Assembly (NCBI GenBank): GCA_976551045.1
Contig: CDPCPM010000029.1
Coordinates: 6,944,001 to 7,008,000 of the forward strand
Source of the DNA: Glaucostegus cemiculus
Taxonomy: Eukaryota
Length of the DNA stretch: 64,000 bases
Direction of reading: 5' to 3'
Position 1 is the stretch's first letter; every line of letters begins with the position of its first letter. The notes under the pieces are model-generated. The model was not told where the DNA came from. It saw nothing but the letters and a program-made list of their open reading frames with translations, and did no database searches. Shown here one piece after another: positions 50,061 to 63,239 of this stretch. The position numbers and the translations under genes are program-made.

Positions 50061-50959
50061 CCTCATGAGGGATACCCCCTCATCTACCTCGTCTACACAA
50101 CTGCATCTAGTGATCATCAAAATCCCCATATCCAGATTACTGGAACCCTCCAGGCCATAACCATCACACCCACCCATTGACTATCCTAATCACTGATCGC
50201 AGACCTCAGACACACCAATATTGCCTGACTCCCCTCGCGATTCACAACTCTCTCCTCTCCACCCCATTCTAATCCATTTCTCTTCCTTCTCATTCCTGAC
50301 CTCTCATCCCTACATCCTCAGGCACAACTGAATCTGCAAACAGCAGACCCATGATCATGACAGTCACGAAGTGACTGCGTGATGCACCTCTGCAGAGTCC
50401 AATGGATTTCTTAGCTCCCACATTTCAATTTTTGAAAGTCCACATTTTGAAGTATATTTGTTTTAAAGCTTAAGTGGGTCTCAGTGATTGAAATTAAGGA
50501 CAATGCTATAACAAATTATTAATGTAGAACACGTTAGGATTTTTGTCCAAAATACTTCTTAAAACTTCCGCATCTGAATATTGTAAGAAATATAGGAAGA
50601 TGCTGGGATGAGGCTGAATCATTCATACCACTCTTTTTTGGTGCCCTATGTTCACTGCCCAGCACTTATGTCCTTTTCCAGGAAACACTGGATTTCCTAG
50701 GCAATAAATTGAGGAAAGCAGTGGTTCATCTCAGGTAGAAGTCAGCATTTACTTGCACTTTGAACACCCCTAAAATCCACGCTACTGAAATTCTGGCAGG
50801 CAGATTATGCCAGATAATAGGTACATTTTCCACAAAATTTATTCTCTGATAGACAATGCTAACTGAAAAAATATCCAGGATATATCGGATGAACCATTTA
50901 TAATTTTATATCGCTTATTTCCCCTTCACTGAACGCCATACTGGAGATCAAAACAGAAG

Positions 50960-51072
50960 AGCCATTACCCTGAAATATTAACACTGTCCTATCTCCACAT
51001 GTGCTGCCTGACCTGCTGAGTATTCTGTTTTTCTTATTTCAGACTGCTTGCATCTGCACCTTTTATTTTTGC
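50960..51072 (+). mobile_element. Penelope pLTR fragment
   Basis: cctgaaatattaac...ctccaca..tgctgcctgacctgctgagtatt. Confidence 0.65.
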
Positions 51073-51179
51073 TTTATAAGCATCCTGCGTGTATTGAACC
51101 TTTTAGAAAACTTACAAAACCTTTTGTAAGTTTTCCTTTTAGACCAATTCTCCCAATGGTGAGCGTGCTTGAATCTAAA

Positions 51180-52065
51180 ATTAGGGAAGTCATGTTGCAG
51201 CGAAAACTTTGATTAGGCCACATTTGGAGTGCTGTGTGCAGTTCTGGTTGCCAATTTACAGGAAGGACGTGGAGGCTTTGGAGAGGGTGAAGTAGAGGTA
51301 CACCAGGATGTTACCTGGATTGGAGAGTATTAGCTCTCGAGCGGCTGGGCAAACTTGGATTGTTTGCAGTGGAGTGTAGGATACTGAGGGGCAATCTGAT
51401 TGAAATATGTAAGGGATGCAGAGATGGGGTTGATATCAGAATCCTTTTTCCAGGATGAAAGTGTCAAATTCCAGAGGCAATATGTTTAAAGTTGGCCTGT
51501 TTAAATAGGTTGTGTAGCAGCGCCAGTGACCTGGGTTCAATTCCACAGCTGTCTGTAAGGAGTTAGTATGTTCTCCCCATGACTACATGGGTTTTCTCCG
51601 GGTGCTCCAGTTTCTTCCCACATTCCAAAAAAAAGACGTATGGGTTAGGAAGTTGTGCGCATGCTATGTTGGCGCCAGAAGCCTGGCGATACTTGCGGGC
51701 TGCCCCTGGCACATTCTCAGACTGTGTTGGTTGTTAATGCAAAAAGGTGCATTTCTCGGTGTGTTTTGATGAACATATGACTAATGAATATTATAAAAAA
51801 AGTGAGGTGGGGAGCTTAAATGAGGCTTACAAGGCAAGTTTTTCTTTTACACAAAGGGTGGTAGGTGCCTAGAATGTGCTGCCATAGGGAATGGTGGAAG
51901 CAGATAAGATAGCAATGGTTAAGAAGTACTTAGACAGACATATGAACAGGCAGGGAAATGAGGGATATGGACGTGCAGACAGATGGGACTAATTTAGATT
52001 AGCAGCATGATCGGGGCAGACATCATGGCCCAAATGGCCTGTCCCTGTGCCGAAGTGTTCTATGT
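51180..52065 (+). mobile_element. CR1 3' part interrupted by a SINE
   Basis: gtgcagttctggttgcca...ggaggctttggagagggtg; tail ...tgttctatg. Confidence 0.85.
51505..51790 (+). mobile_element. V-SINE-type element
   Basis: cagcgccagtgacctgggttcaattcc head, core, catatgactaat tail. Confidence 0.8.
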
Positions 52066-52659
52066 CCACTACAGGAAATCACAGTGGACGTCCTATAAAT
52101 TTATACTCACAGGCATTAAAGTGAAGGATTCCACTTCTTGAACATTTATTTTCACTGAGACAACTGAGCAAGAAGACAGCTGTGTGATTGGCACATACCT
52201 TCCCTGAGCTTGTGACGTTCTGGATAATTAGTGTAATGTTTTGTTAACGTCTTTGCTAGGCATTGCCAGCAGTAAGTCCACAATTTGCCAAGCTTTTCTA
52301 GATCCCCTGTGCTAATTCATCTAGAGTGCAAGACTTTTTCTTTGCCAGAATGTGATTTTTAAAAAAATTATTGGCTATTTGCTTCTGTACAAATGTGACA
52401 AATCTTTCTGCAAAATATCTGAATCCTCATTTGTTTATTGTCAGATGCAAAGTTGCTCATCTCATATTTGACTTTAGTATATTGACAATTTATGTGTATA
52501 AGGAGCACTAGAGAACCTGCTGAGACTCTACTCATGTTGTCCACCAGTACTCAATGCCTGTGAGTCATGTTTTTCAGTCAAGGGAGCTGAGTCCTGGTGT
52601 CTGATGCAAGCTTCTTCACTGGAAGAATTCAGGTTTTTGTTTCGTCTTCCCACCCTTCA

Positions 52660-52822
52660 GTATATTTCTTTCTCATTCCTTATCTGTCATCCCTTCCCTT
52701 CCCATTATTTTTTTACCCATTCCTTCCTCTTCCCTTTCTTAATGCACTTTTTTGCTCTCCCTTGTTTCTCTCTCTCCTCCCCTTCCTCTCCCTCCCTTCT
52801 TTCCACCTTCTTTTCTTTCTGC
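52660..52822. repeat. Polypyrimidine low-complexity tract
   Basis: About 160 bp of almost only C/T. Confidence 0.8.
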
Positions 52823-53371
52823 CTGGCAGATTCCAAAGCAGCAGGAATTAAGGGTTACGATCTGCCTTCCTGATGTCAGTAATAGGTCAGGTAGGAGACG
52901 TGACACAATAGTGCCTCAATTATCATGCTTCAGGATTGACACAGTCTTTCATAACAATCGTCAGGGGATGATTAGTGGGCAGTGCCTGATGCGTAAGGCA
53001 GCACATTATGATGGTGTATCACAGGAAAGGTACTGGCCAACAGTTTATTTTTTTTGAGATCACTTTAAACAATTTCTTTTCTTTCAATGCTGTTGAGCAC
53101 CCTCCTCTTGCTGGCATCCTGGCTTATTCTTGTTAATTTCACTAAGCTAATATTACTGTATCCCCAGTTTGAAAACTGGCTGATTTTTATCTTCACTTCA
53201 TCTATTCACCCTGGTTTGTGACAAACTGCTAATTTGAGTGTAGGTTACTGATGCAGGGTGGCACTCAGGTCAAAGACTACCTATGATTTGATTGAATGCT
53301 GGAATAGGTGTGGAGTACCAAATGACCTACCCTGTTTCTATTTCTTATATCGTCATGTCACACTGAAGGGA

Positions 53372-53668
53372 AGATAAGATATCCTTATTAGTCACATGTA
53401 CATGGAAACGCAGAGTGAAATACATCTTCTGTGTAGAGTGTTCTGGGGGCAGCCCACAAATGTCGCCACGCTTCCGGTGCCAACATTAGCATGCCCACAA
53501 CTTCCTAATCCATACATCTTTGGAATGTGGGAGGAAACCGAAGCACCTGGATGAAATCTGTACAGTCACAGAGAGAACGTACAAACTTCTTACAGACAGT
53601 GACCGGAATTGAAGCCGAGTTGCTGGCGCTGTAATAACATTATGCCAAACGCTACATTACCGTCCCAG
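53372..53668 (-). mobile_element. V-SINE-type element (gatatc-tailed family)
   Basis: agataagatatccttattagtcacatgtac...gtgggaggaaaccgaagcacctgg. Confidence 0.85.
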
Positions 53669-54904
53669 CCATATCTGCAACAAGGAGTTCCCCTCTACCA
53701 CAGTTACTGTTCAGAGGCAAGTGCTACACACCTGTCGCCACCTGGAAGGAGCCCCTTTGCCCAGGAAAGAGCTCCATTTTCAGATACACTCATTAGCATA
53801 ACTTCCTTCCAGCAGTTAGACACTTAAATATTTAGAGAATTAGAAGAGTAAACATTTTAATTAAGGTCAAAAGCATGTTACACATGTGTAGGAGTACTTT
53901 TTGAACTAGATTTGGCATTGCAGTAAATAAATACTCCACAAGTTGTCAAACCAATGCAGAATGAAGCTGTAATTTTCAGGGCAATTCATTATGGAGCCAG
54001 GTTAGATCCTGATTCCAGCCTAACATTGCATATTCAGCATATCAATGAAGCAGAAATTAATTTAATGTAACTCTAAATCTTCAATGTAAATAGACAGCTG
54101 ATTTATTAACTCAATACTAATTTCAAATGTACAAATTAGACACCATTGACATTAAAAATGCACATAATTGAACAGAATTTCCATCTTTATTCTCTGTTGG
54201 CAACACAGGTGCCCTGAGAAAGCTTCTGTTAAAGAACAAGTTGGCTCCAGCTGCAGGAAAAATGTGCCATATCATAAGAGAATTTCATTGCAGAAACTCA
54301 AATGTGTGGTTCTCAGTACAGATGAAAGCTGCCAGTATATTACTTTTAAAAGCACGATTAGAGGTCTTGTGAGAACTAAGGGTCAAAGATCAGTGACAAA
54401 GGTCTTGTGAGGCAGTAGTCACACTTGGTTGACAACACCTCTACATGATGTGCTGCAAGCAGTGCAGCATTTAGAAAAAGCTAAAGGGACCAGACTGCAA
54501 TTTTTAGTGCTCTCCATTTTGCACGCCTGCCATGAAACAATTTCACCTCCGTAGCACCATTAACAACTAACGAGTTGACTAACATGTTCCTGCAAAAGCT
54601 GCAGAAAATAGGGAAGAGCAAGAGGGTCATTTTCAAACTCACTGCCTGGTTTGTAACCTTTTGGAGAGAGTTGTTCATCCTTGTGGAATAATTCTGATTT
54701 CTGTTTCATTGCTATCACATTTTATTTTAGGTCTGCAGAAACTTGAAGATCCTTCTTCAGATCTTCTCTCCTATTAAGCTGTATTGCTGTGGGATAGGCT
54801 ACTGACCAATATCCACAATAAGCTCACTCACATTCATAAGTACCTTGGTTATATTTCCTTCCATCTCATTTCCTGGAGGGCAGCACAGTGCCGCACCGAG
54901 TAGA

Positions 54905-55130
54905 GGGCAGGACAGTGATGCGACTAGTAGGCCTGCTGCCTCACAGCACCAGAGACCCAGGTTCAATCCTGACCTCGGGCACCTATCTGTGTGGAGTTTG
55001 CATGTTCTCCCTATCACTTTCTGGGTTTCCTCCCAAATCCCAAAGATATGTGCGTCACTAGGTTAATTGGCCACTGTAAATTTCCCCTCATGTGTAAGTG
55101 AGTGGTAGAATATGGGTGGGGGTGGGGGGG
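54905..55130 (+). mobile_element. HE1-like SINE
   Basis: ctgctgcctcacagcaccagagacccaggttcaatcc...gtggagtttgcatgttctccc...ggttaattggccactgtaaatt. Confidence 0.8.
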
Positions 55131-55434
55131 GGTGGGGGTGTGGGGCGGTGGTGATGAGAATGCGAGGAGTCAGAAGCCAGACACCTGCAAATGCCTGGCC
55201 TGATCATCTTGGAGTAAAGGCAGAAAGTGGGGAAGGTACTTGGCAATTCAGGCAACATTTCTGGAGAGAAACACTAATGTTTCAGGTTAATACTTCTCAT
55301 CAAAACTGGGAACAGCTAGAAATGAAAGAAGGACTGTGGGGAAAGGGTGGAGGGTTGGACAAAACAAAATGGAAGTTTTGTGACAGGTGTGGGGACTCAA
55401 ATGGTCGTGATGCTCAGTAACATAGAGTGGTCAA

Positions 55435-55720
55435 GTGGAGGTAATTAGAACTAGGGACCATAGTTCCAGAATAAGATGTCACCCATTTCAGATGGAAATG
55501 AGGAGGAATATCTTCTCTCAGAAAGTCGAGACGTTTTGGAATTCTCTACCCCAGAGAGCTATGAATATATTTAAGGCTGAGAATGAAAAAGGAGTCAAGA
55601 AGCATGGGGCAAACATGAGAACATAGTGTTGAGCCAACTGAATCAGCCGTGATCTTAGTGAACGGCAGAGTAGTCTGAAAGGAGTGACTGGCCTAACTCT
55701 CCCCTTGTTTCTCATGACTT
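55435..55720 (+). mobile_element. CR1 3' tail, degraded
   Basis: TRDHSSRIR...RRNIFSQKVETFWNSLPQRA. Confidence 0.75.
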
Positions 55721-55760
55721 TGGGTTGTATTGGTATGTCCTGAGGAAGTACAAGAGAAAA

Positions 55761-57335
55761 AAATGGTGCCGCAGAGGGGTGACTTACTGTGTGCAGCTCC
55801 TAAAAGAATTATCAGATACTCCCGTTTACAACCGCTATAGCTGAAATCTGCAGTCCCAGACAATGCAGTAAGTAACATTATTTAAAGTAAGTTAAGAGAA
55901 CCAGAGATCTTTAGAACTAACAGACTGAGGACGTCAGGCCTCCCAGCGAGTGAGTGCAGCAGCTGGAAGCTCAGGGAATGTCTCCATTGTTTCAGGAAAC
56001 GTGGTTGCCAGGGAGAGTTGCAGGTAAAGCTGAAAATGCAGGGTCCTTAGGAGCCCCCTCCCTACCATCCTCTTGGCTAATATCCAGTCCCTGGAAAATA
56101 AAACTAAAGACCTCAGAGCAAGACTGCAGTATGAGAGGGGCAGCAGGGACTGTTGTGTGCTCTGCTTCACAGAGACATGGCTCACCCCCAGACACAGTGT
56201 TCTAACCCAAGGGCTTCACCATCCACCACATGGACCGGGTATCAGGTAAAGGCAGACGTGGCAGTGTTTGATTCATGATGAACTCATTGTGGTGCACAGA
56301 CGTGGTGGTTCTGTCTCAGTGCTGCTCCCCTGACCTGGAACATCTGACGGTCAAGGATTGTTTGTTTTATTTGCTGAGGGAGTTCTCCACCGACGTCCTG
56401 GTAGTGGTGTACATTCCACCCCTGGCAAACGTCAAGCTGGCACTGGAGGAGCTGAGCACCATGATCAGCAGTCACGAGACAGAGCACCTTGGTACCTTCC
56501 TGATCATCACAAGGATCTTCAATCAGGCCGGCTTGAAGAAGTCTCTGACAAACTACCACCATGTCACTTGTGGAACCAGAGGAGCCAACGTACTCGATCA
56601 CTGTTACACCACCATCAAGAACGCTGACTGTGCTATCCCGCACCCACACTTTGGCAAGTCCGATTACGTGGCTGTGTTCACTGAGGGTCAGTGGTAGAAA
56701 GGGTGAGCAGCTTCAAGTTCCTGGGCATCGATATCTCAGAGGATCTATCCTGGGTCCAACACGTTGATGCAATCATGAAGAAGGCATGCCAGTGGCTCTA
56801 CTTCATTTGGAGTTTGAGGAGATTTGGTTTGTCACCAAAGACTCTTGCAAATTTCTACGGATATACAGTGAAGAGCCTTCTGACTGGTTGCATCACTGCT
56901 TGGTATGGAGGTTCCAATGTGCAGTATCGAAAGAGGCTGAAGAGAATTGTAGATTCAGCCAGCTCCATCACGGGCATAACTCTCTCCACCATGGAGGACA
57001 TCCTCAAGAGGTGGTGCCTCAAGAAGGCGGCATCCATCACCAAGGACTCTCATCATTGAGGATACGCCCTCTTCTCATTACTACCATCAGGGAGGAGGTA
57101 CAGAAGCCTGAAGACCCACACTCAATGTTTCAGGAACAACTTCTTCCCCTCCACCAGATTTCTGAATGGTCCATGAACCCATAAACACTACCTCACTATT
57201 CCTCTTCTGCACTTTTTTTTTGTTTTGGTAACTTTTAGTTATTTTTTTTGTCTTACACTGTACTGCTGTCACAAAACAACACATTTCACAACATATGTCA
57301 GTGATAACAAACCTGATTCTGATTCTGAATCTGAA
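55761..57335 (+). mobile_element. Internally deleted Rex1/Babar-clade LINE (5'UTR and APE fused to ORF C-terminus and tail)
   Basis: APE motifs PTILLANIQSLENK, CFTETWL, VYIPP, LDHCYT, GKSDY joined at ~56680 to VERVSSFKFLG...; tail ctgattctgattctga. Confidence 0.85.
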
Positions 57336-58359
57336 ATACCAAAAAAGGAGAGAGAAATTATGAAATACTGGAAAAGCTGATTTTCTGAAATTGTTGAATT
57401 CAATGGTGGATTCAGTCCTGAAGTTAGTAATGTGCCAAGTTGGATGACAAGACGATGCTCCTTGAGCTTACACTGAGCTTTATTGAATCAGTGTCTGTGG
57501 GAAGGAGGATCAAAATGACAGCCAACTGCAAGCTCAGCAGACTGAATGGAGATGTTCTGCAAAGCAGCGACCCTACCTTCTTTGTTTTCCTCATGTAAAG
57601 GAAACCACACCATGCACCAAATGCAGTAAACAAAATTGCAAGTATATTGTTGCTTTACTTTGAAGGAGCGTCTAGGTCCCTGAAGGGAAGAGATAAAAAG
57701 GCAGGTGTTGCAATTTCTGCAGTTGCAATGCAGTGCTGTGATAAGGGAATGGATGTTGGTGGAGATGAAAGACTGGGCCAGAAAGTTGAGGAGGGAATGA
57801 TTCCTTCAGAATACTGAAAGGAGAGGTGAAGGGAAGACATGCCTGTTTCCCGTATCTCACACTGACTCCTTTTGTTCTCTCTGCCCACCACCCCCCACTC
57901 CCTAACCACCTCTGCAAGCTAAAACTTGTTTCTTTTCTGACTTTTTCCACATCTGGTGAAAGGTTGGCAACCTGAAATCTTAACTCCGTTTCTCTCTCCA
58001 CAGACACTTGTTGACATGTTATTTCCAGCCTTAAATGTTTTAATCTCAGGTTTCCAACATCTGCATTGTTTTTCTTTCTGATCATCTTGGATCCCCAAAG
58101 AACAAAGCTGCATATAATTGTATAACCATGATAGTTGCTGATTGTGTCAAAGAAAGAACTTGCATTTGGACAACACAATATGACCTGATCCAAGGAGAAT
58201 TAATTAAGTGCAAAGCGAATTCCTTGTACTGTGTTGTGTGAAAAGATTCTTTTGGAATCTTAAAGATGGAGGGCTCTGGACACAGACTTTGATTTTAAAA
58301 ATAGTTTAATCACAAAGGCCAATGTGGGGACAGAATGAATGGGAACAGAAGCACACTTG

Positions 58360-58456
58360 CACGTGCGCGCGCACACACACACATACACACGTGCACAGGA
58401 GACCACAAACATGGGGGGGACTCACAACGAGGATGAGATACACACACACACACAAA
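58360..58456. repeat. Interrupted (CA)n/(CG)n microsatellites
   Basis: gtgcgcgcgcacacacacac and cacacacacacac. Confidence 0.85.
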
Positions 58457-59559
58457 GACACAATAAACATGGTAGAGCTTATCAAAGGATAAACAACTCA
58501 ATGCCTGAATACCTTGACCCAAACAAGCATTGGCTCTAACACACCCTGGAATCTGACTAAGACACTCCCAAACCACATGGTGGTGCACACTCTTACCCGT
58601 AGTCTCTACAGCATTGTCTCATCATTCCTGGGGCAGTCAAGAGAGAGTGTGGGCAAGGGGATTGCAACAATCTTTACAGTGCTGTAAGCTGGGTAGAGCT
58701 GGCCAGGTGATTTAGACAGGCCAATGGTTTGGGGGCAAGGACAAAGGTGTCTGCCAGGGCCAATGGTCAGGCAGGTTCAGAAACAAAGGTGCTATCCAAG
58801 GCCAATCCCTATGCCCACACCTGATGTGTGGGGTATAGCCACACCTTGATTGACAGTGGTGTCACTTCTGATCCGAGGAACAATGCAGTCCTCCGACCAG
58901 AGGGGTCAGTGTTGTGCCTGTCACGTGGCAGCCATGTGCTCTCCTACTACATACTGTGTAATTTCAGGAGATATCACATGTTTTTTTCTCACTTATTTCC
59001 ACTACCTGAGACATCAGATACTCCTTCCAGGTGAAATGTCTCTAAATTCAGGATATTGTATTCACTGCTGTATTTCATGAATATGAGTTCCATTGTATTC
59101 CATGTTGTGGAGTCTGAAAGCAAATTAGGTGACTGCTTAAGCAAAAAAAAATCTGTTCAAACCTTTGAGCGTCAGGCTGTTGAAGTGCTTCAATCTTCTG
59201 CTTCCCTCAGACTCTGCCTCTCTGCTTTTATCCTCTAATATTATTTCAATTAATTTTGATGATGCACATAATCTTTTGATCTGACACTTCACAGCCTTCT
59301 AGATTTAACATTGTCAATAAATTCACATCAGAATCAATTCTTAGAAATAAAACTTTGTGAATTATTCTTTTATTCCTGCCAATTCTTCCCCTTGATCCAT
59401 CTTATTTTATTACATGCCCCATCCACATTTGCCTTGTGCCATCATCAGTTTTGGAATTACATCAGTTTTGCATTCCAACCTAGAGCAGATGTTCTTTCCT
59501 TCAACACCCACGCCCACTTTCTTTGCCTCTTCAAGTTCCTTTCAGTTTCTTGAACAATC

Positions 59560-59800
59560 CCTTCAATCCCATTCCACTACTTATTTTCCCTGTAACCTAT
59601 TCCCTCTTACCTGCCCATTAAATCCACCATTCTTCCACTGGCCATTCACACTCAGGGGAACTTTCAGGAGCCAATTAACATAACAAGCTAATTATTTTTG
59701 AGACATGGGAGGAAACCAGAGTACCCAGGGGAAAACCGTGCAATCACAGGAAGAATGTTCAGACTTCAAACAGACATTAGTGACCATGATTGATCTTGGG
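59560..59800 (-). mobile_element. Degraded SINE
   Basis: gccaattaac...tgggaggaaaccagagtacccagggg. Confidence 0.65.
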
Positions 59801-60782
59801 TCAAAGTATCTCCTGTTACTATTCTATCCTAGGATAGTGTATTTTGCAGCTGTCTGCAACATATTTTTCTCATTTTACTAAAAAGTCAGTGTGACCAATT
59901 TTCTTTGAGGTTGCAAACTGGTGCAATCAACCATGTCTATTTGTGACCCCTTAATTGGTGATTTGGTCTTGGAACTGAGGGTCTGCTGGGGAAGTGATAA
60001 GGGAGTCAAAAGGAGAATTTGGAAGTTTGGGATGGTCAGTGGCCCGATCGAGGAGTCAGGTATAGAGGGGCAATCAGCGAGTTGTGGTACTGTGATCAAT
60101 GTATGGGGGTTGTTGGTTGAGTCTGAAGAAGAGGTGAGGGAAGCTAACCTGAATGGGGCTCCGAGCTCCCACTCTAAAATAGACATTGGCTTTTGTTTTT
60201 CTGTAATAGTAATTAATAGAATTTATTTCTGGGACAAAAATCACCCATGCATATAGGCATTTGGATAAATTATGGTGAAACAGTTATGTTTTAGTTTTTT
60301 CAGTGTCTATGGATAATCCCAATGTACTTTTACTTGGCAAGGACGTGCAATGGTCAACTTACACTGGTGCAGAACAGCTGCAAGTATTTTGTCTCCGGGT
60401 TTTAACACCATACAGAAATTATCAGGGATGCAGAAAAGCTGAATGAGAAATAGACATTTTCTCACAATGGCAGGAGTTCCTTCTTTCCTGAAACTAGAAA
60501 GAAAATATTCTTTAAAGACTTTCAGATATGTTGCTAAATAAACTGCAGTTTGTCAAAAATGACAAAACTGTTTACATGACCCATGTGATTATTATTCCCT
60601 CTCTCCCCATCCATGTTTTCTATTAAAGTTCTATAACTGACCATATACAGATTGAGTAATGTTATTAATGCTAATGCTTCACAATTTTACAGGTTGTCCT
60701 CCCGGCATTTCAAATGCTCTTAAAGATCCATTTATGTCTTCTCCTCTACAAGCCTTTAAAAAAAGTCTGTCAGCCTTTATTA

Positions 60783-61126
60783 TGGACATCACAGTGGTGC
60801 ATTTGGTAGAGCTGCTGCCTCACAGTGCCAGAGAGCTGGGTTCAATCCCGACCTCCGATGTTGCATGTGTAAAGTTTGCATGTTCTCCCTGTGACTGTGT
60901 GGGTTTCCCTCATCTGCTCTTCTTTCCTCCCACATACTTAAGACGTGTGCATTGGTAGGCTAATTGGCCACTGCGAATTGTCCCTGGTCTGGTGAGTGAT
61001 AGAATCTGGGGGGAGTTGATGATAATGTGGGGAGAATAAAATAGGATTACTGTAAATGGGTGGTTGAGGGATGGTGAGGATTCGTTTGGCTGAAAGGCCT
61101 GTTTCCATGCTATCTGACTCTATGAC
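60783..61126 (+). mobile_element. HE1-like SINE with CR1-type tail
   Basis: gctgctgcctcacagtgccaga...gggttcaatcccg head; tail ggcctgtttccatgctatctgactctatgac. Confidence 0.85.
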
Positions 61127-61137
61127 CTGGAGACATG

Positions 61138-61271
61138 AGAGAGCAATGAACAGTCTCCTGGATGAACTCAGTCCTGTTGCAGGGCTTGGACCTGAAACGT
61201 TGACAATCACTCTCCTCCCACAGATGCTGCTCGACCCACTGAGTTCCTCCGACAGATTGTTTGTTGCTCTC
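61138..61271. mobile_element. Short fold-back pLTR-derived element with decayed hammerhead
   Basis: Ends gagagcaatgaacagtct / agattgtttgttgctctc; internal GTC-CTGTTGC-AGGGCTTGGACCT-GAAAC-GTT-GAC. Confidence 0.7.
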
Positions 61272-61464
61272 TCCTCATAGACACTGCCCAAGCTGCTGAG
61301 TATTTCCAGCATTTTCTGATTATTTTTAATTTCAGCTTTTCGGCACTTGCAATATTTTACTCCTTTCATTTTAGTATTGTATTTTGACTGCAGACCTTCA
61401 GGTTCTATACCCACTTTTCATTCTGCACAACTAAACTAATAAACTTTTTTGGTTTTAACACAAA

Positions 61465-61768
61465 TCTTTAGCCAGAGGGTGGTGAACCTGTGGAACTCCT
61501 TACCACAGAAAGCAGTGGAAGCCAGATCATTGGGGATATTCAAGAAGGAAATAGATAGATATCTAATTGGTCAAGGTATCAAGGGATATGGAGATAAGGC
61601 AGGGATTTGGACTTAGAATAGTAGGTTTTTTTTTGTTTTTTTTTGTTTTTTTTGGATTTTTTTCCTTAACCTCTTTTTTTCCCCACCCTCCCTTCCCTTT
61701 GGAGCAGACTCGATGGGCCGACTGGCCTGCTTCTGCTCCATTATCTTGTGATCTTGTGATCTTGTGAT
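61465..61768 (+). mobile_element. CR1 3' tail with (atcttgtg)n end
   Basis: FSQRVVNLWNSLPQKAVEA coding remnant; three atcttgtg units. Confidence 0.85.
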
Positions 61769-62699
61769 GGTTGATGATTTGCAATATAGAGAACTTTAAA
61801 AAAAAATATAGGCATAATATGGTTGGCTGTAATGTTGGCATTTGTAAAGTGAGGGATATTATACTTTGTTGCACATCGCTGCAATAGTTTGGAGCGCAAA
61901 AGATTATCAGGAATTGGACTAGATATCTAACTCTTTTTTTTCTCATAGCACTGGAGGCAAAACTCAGGAGTTTTCCAAATTAGAATGTAAATTGATACCT
62001 TTTTCTTGGAAACAAAGAAAAATACATTGGTTCCAGCCAGTTTCAGTAGTCTTTATTAAAAAGGCAAAGATAACCATAAACGGACGACCTTTGTGGTTTT
62101 CCCAGATGTGGAGCATACAGAATGGAGAATCACAATCATTCAGCACATTTCAAAGCCACTAGGACAGAAAGCATGAGCAATGATTATACCTTCTTTATGT
62201 AAGTGATTGGAACATCAACTTAATTATGGAACTGGCTGTAATGTGATCTGCTAATTTTATCAATCTAAGTTTAAGGTTTTAATATTCACGTTTTCTAAAT
62301 AATTCTGCACAAACCTTTGCCCATTAATAATATACTACCTAGGCTGGCAAAATAGGTTGACTTAATAGCATACACATCTACTCTCAGTTTCTTCCAGATC
62401 TCCCATGCCAAAATGTGCACTAGAAAATATTGTCAAAACCTCTATGTCAATATATTCGGTCATTGTCACATTTTCATGTAGCATTATCTGACATGTTGAA
62501 TTAAGTTGACTTGAAAATTATTCAGTGAAAAAAAATGAAACAAATGAGGCAATGCATGTAAACAGTGAGTTAATGCTTGATGACAGATGATTCAATGTGT
62601 AATTATAAAATGGACAAACCTGACATAGTCCTGTGAATAGGATCATCATCTCATTGTGATATATACTAGGAGGGGAACTACATAAGAATAATGATATAT

Positions 62700-62826
62700 A
62701 TATATATTTTTATTTTATTTACAGTGTGGTAACAGGCCCTTTCGGCCCAACTACTCCGCGCCGCCCATTTTAAACCCCCAAATTCACCTACCCATACGTC
62801 TTTCAGAATGTGGGAGGAAACCCACA
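62700..62826 (-). mobile_element. Partial V-SINE-type element (family of 3925-4180)
   Basis: Reverse complement of ~4060-4165. Confidence 0.8.
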
Positions 62827-63239
62827 TTGATTGATATTGATTGATATATTGATTGATATTATCCCACTTAGTCAAAATCTGAGGAGTTATAATCATTCTT
62901 TTTGCACTTGATATTGAAGCATTGGGCTGAAATGTTCAAACCTCTCGTCTCTGAATCGTTAGAGAAGCACTGGTGATATTGTCCTTGAGGGTCAGTTAAT
63001 CTGTGACTTCCACACCTTTGCGTTGAAATCTAGAATTCAGAGGTGAGCTGTAGGTCGGACGCTGATCTATCTGAACTTCTGGTTCATCACTGTACTCAGC
63101 ACTGAGACCAGTGCTAACATGTGAGTATCTGAAGAAATCTGTCTCCTACTTTAACCTCCTGTAGGCGCAAAGTTATCAATTTCTTTTACCATGCACTGCG
63201 CATTCAACCTCTTGCAGTCTCCATTCGATCGCAGACATT

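Larger units (their letters stand above)
55240..58080. mobile_element. Degraded Penelope-like remnants hosting later CR1 and Rex insertions
   Basis: Minus pLTR at ~55240-55330, minus GIY-YIG-like end at ~57380-57720, plus pLTR at ~57900-58080. Confidence 0.5.

Noticed and set aside
52597-53057. Phe/Leu/Pro-rich ORFs as membrane proteins
   Set aside because: Artefact of a polypyrimidine tract.
59878-60256. Overlapping 102 and 111 aa ORFs
   Set aside because: G-rich degenerate sequence with no domain, probably old repeat interior.
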